Of a DNA stretch of 64,000 nt, positions 61,491-64,000 are shown piece after piece (position 1 is the stretch's first letter; each line of letters begins with the position of its first letter). The position numbers and the translations under genes were made by a program. This DNA is from Octopus sinensis (Eukaryota): assembly GCF_006345805.1 (NCBI RefSeq), contig NC_043022.1:6820001-6884000 (forward strand), written 5' to 3'. The notes beneath the pieces were generated by a model. That model saw only the letters and a list, made by a program, of their open reading frames with translations. It ran no database searches and had not been told where the DNA came from.

Positions 61491-61875
61491 GTGGAAGCAC
61501 TCCGTCGGTTACGACGATGAGGGTTCCGGTTGATCCGAATCAATGGAACAGCCTGCTCGTGAAATTAACGTGTAAGTGGCTGAGCACTCCACAGACACGT
61601 GTACCCTTAACGTAGTTCTCTCGGGGAGATTCAGCGTGACACAGAGAGTGACAGGCCGGCCCTTTGAAATACAGGTACAACAGACAGGAAGTAAGAGTGA
61701 GAGAAAGTTGTGGTGAAAGAGTACAGCAGGGATCACCACCATCCCCTGCCGGAGCCTCGTGGAGCTTTAGGTGTTTTCACTCAATAAACACTCCCAACGC
61801 CCGGTCTGGGAATCGAAACCGCGATCCTATGACCGCGAGTCCGCTGCCCTAACCACTGGGCCATTGCGCCTCCAC
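61491..61875 (-). mobile_element. tRNA-derived SINE, family C, full length, with 13-14-bp TSD (C)AATGCTGGGTATC
   Basis: The TSD is at 61475-61488 and 61875-61888; near-identical to 1560-1945. Confidence 0.92.
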
Positions 61876-61909
61876 AATGCTGGGTATCACTGCTAGTATA
61901 TATATATAG

Positions 61910-62124
61910 TATTGGGACCTAACAATGAACTATCTCTTCCTACCTATGGCATTTGAGACGTTCGGAGGGACTGGGCCACCAAATTCTTGTCGACCTTGGC
62001 AGCTCACCTCACCAAGGTGTCAGGTGATGCCTGTGAGAGCGCTTGGCTTTCCCAATGTCTTAGTCTCGCCATCACCTGTGGTAATGCTACGAGCGTGCTG
62101 GCTTGCTTCAGTAGGTTCCATTAA
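61910..62124 (+). mobile_element. C-terminal fragment of a CRE-like non-LTR retrotransposon (restriction-like endonuclease region)
   Basis: YLFLPMAFETFGG [frameshift] KFLSTLAAHLTKVSGDACESAWLSQCLSLAITCGNATSVLAC resembles the CRE-clade pattern F.P.A.ET.G..Q.LS.A..RGNA..VL. Confidence 0.6.
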
Positions 62125-62149
62125 ACCTTGTGGTGTGTGATATATCTCT

Positions 62150-62562
62150 CTTTTACTCTTTTACTTGTTTCAGTCATTTGACTGCGGCCATGCTGGAGCA
62201 CCGCCTTTAGTCGAGCAAATCGACCCCGGGACTTATTCTTCGTAAGCCCAGTACTTATTCTATCGGTCTCTTTTGCCGAACCGCTAAGTAACGGGGACAT
62301 AAACACACCAGCATCGGTTGTCAAGCAATGCTAGGGACAAACACAGACACACAACACAACACACATGCATATATATATATATATATATATACATATATAC
62401 GACAGGCTTCTTTCAGTTTCCGTCTACCAAATCCACTCACAAGGCTTTGGTCGGCCCGAGGCTATAGTAGAAGACACTTGCCCAAGGTGCCACGCAGTGG
62501 GACTGAACCCGGAACCATGTGGTTGGTAAACAAGCTACTTACCACACAGCCACTCCTGCGCC
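62150..62562 (-). mobile_element. SINE family A
   Basis: Reverse-complement match to 46655-47076. Confidence 0.92.
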
Positions 62563-62822
62563 TATATATATATTCTTTTATTATTTTTATATGTTGCAGT
62601 CCAATGACTGTGGCCATGTTGGAGCACCGCCATTGCGATCATCTTTCCACTCTCCACTTTTGTCAGAGCAGAATTTGGTGAAGGATTGAGTTTGATGTTA
62701 CTGCCCTCTTTTGAGTTTCTTGCCTAGATATTGGCTCATCCGGGGTCTCAGTGAGCCAGAGGTGAAGTTCACGTTTGAAAACGTCTACATGCACTCCATA
62801 GTGGCTCCTCAGATACTTCGGC

Positions 62823-62867
<45 letters not shown>

Positions 62868-63742
62868 TGTGTATGACGGAGCAACAACAGTTTCTAAATT
62901 TTTGCAGTCAGTTATTTTTCTCCTTGACTCAGCGTTTGGTGTTGGCGGAGGAGAAACTATTTTCACCGACTCGTCTTGCACTTTGGTGCTTGCATCTGCT
63001 CACACACCACACTCAACCACACCCACGTGTGTGCGTGCACAAACTCACGCGCACATATCTGCTTCGTCTGTGTGTATGGATATGTGCATGCATATATATA
63101 TCTATATCTACATATATATACATAACATATATATATATATACATACATATAAATATATATATATATACATACATATATAGTATATATACATACATATATA
63201 ATATATATATACCTAACATATATATATCTATCTACATACATATTATATATATATATATATACATACATATATATATAGATATATACATACATATATATAT
63301 TATATACATACATACATATATATAATATATATATATAAAATAAATATAAGAGAGTGGTCACTATATGGCTCACTCTAGCACTATTAATCCAAGTTTCAAC
63401 CACAAAAAATACATGTTTCCCATGAAAGTCAGTACGATTGTTAGCTCACACGGACAGGCAAATAAAAAATAACAAAAATACAGATTATTTTGGACAATTG
63501 TTTTCGCTATTAATGATAAATGTAATTTTACTTACAAAAAAATCCACTTGTAGCTCGTCAGCCAAAACTATCTGGATGAAATCCACTCAATCACACGCCA
63601 GATTTTACCATAACGATAAATACACGTGTGGTTCAATTGATTACATCCGACGTTATAATAAATCAAATTCAATGCCCCAACTAACAGCGTGCCAAACTCT
63701 CACGGAAACAAATACTGCATTTAGAAATAAATGTAGCATAAT

Positions 63743-63830
63743 TATAATTAATTAATAAGGGTGAGAGAATTAGATACTAATTTAATAGATATACTATTAA
63801 ATTAGTATCTAATTCTCTCACCCTTATTAA

Positions 63831-63839
<9 letters not shown>
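63743..63839. repeat. Perfect 46-bp hairpin with a 5-nt loop
   Basis: 63743-63788 is the exact reverse complement of 63794-63839; the loop is ATATA. Confidence 0.93.
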
Positions 63840-63917
<78 letters not shown>

Positions 63918-64000
63918 CATACATATATATATATTTCTTTACTATACTATGCCATTGATTCGTTAGCTACTGCACGCATTTTTTTTCTCTCCTCTTTCTG

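Noticed and set aside
5700-63403. Numerous Y/I/C/V/H/T-rich ORFs and the poly-Pro ORF at 32223
   Set aside because: They are translations of (TA)n, (CA)n, (TCTA)n and (CAC)n microsatellites.

Overview
Animal genomic DNA made almost entirely of repeats, with no confidently identifiable host gene. The SINE families, RTE LINEs with (GAT)n tails and dense (TA)n/(CA)n/(TCTA)n microsatellites suggest an octopod cephalopod such as Octopus (inference; no search was run). Main contents: (1) a degenerate Penelope-like element (RT plus C-terminal GIY-YIG) at ~3.4-5.7 kb; (2) a 5'-truncated Tx1/L1-clade LINE flanked on both sides by (GA)n at 6.9-8.6 kb; (3) an ~11.3 kb satellite of 26-bp units (9.3-20.7 kb), whose stop-free minus strand produces the spurious giant ORFs; (4) a 2.1 kb RTE LINE at 27.2-29.3 kb with a PHD-type zinc finger inserted inside its RT domain, plus about a dozen shorter RTE 3' ends; (5) three tRNA-headed SINE families; (6) Tc1, piggyBac-MITE, hAT-MITE, Helitron and CRE remnants; (7) several minisatellites and long hairpins. 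The most notable links are these. The 26-bp satellite unit matches the tandem-repeat core of the RTE 3' UTR, and a two-unit intermediate is visible at 50.3 kb. One SINE family shares its 3' terminus with the Tx1 LINE. Three separate long inverted repeats each carry or abut a minimal Penelope-type hammerhead ribozyme motif. All coordinates were read by eye; dispersed-repeat boundaries are approximate to about 10-20 bp.
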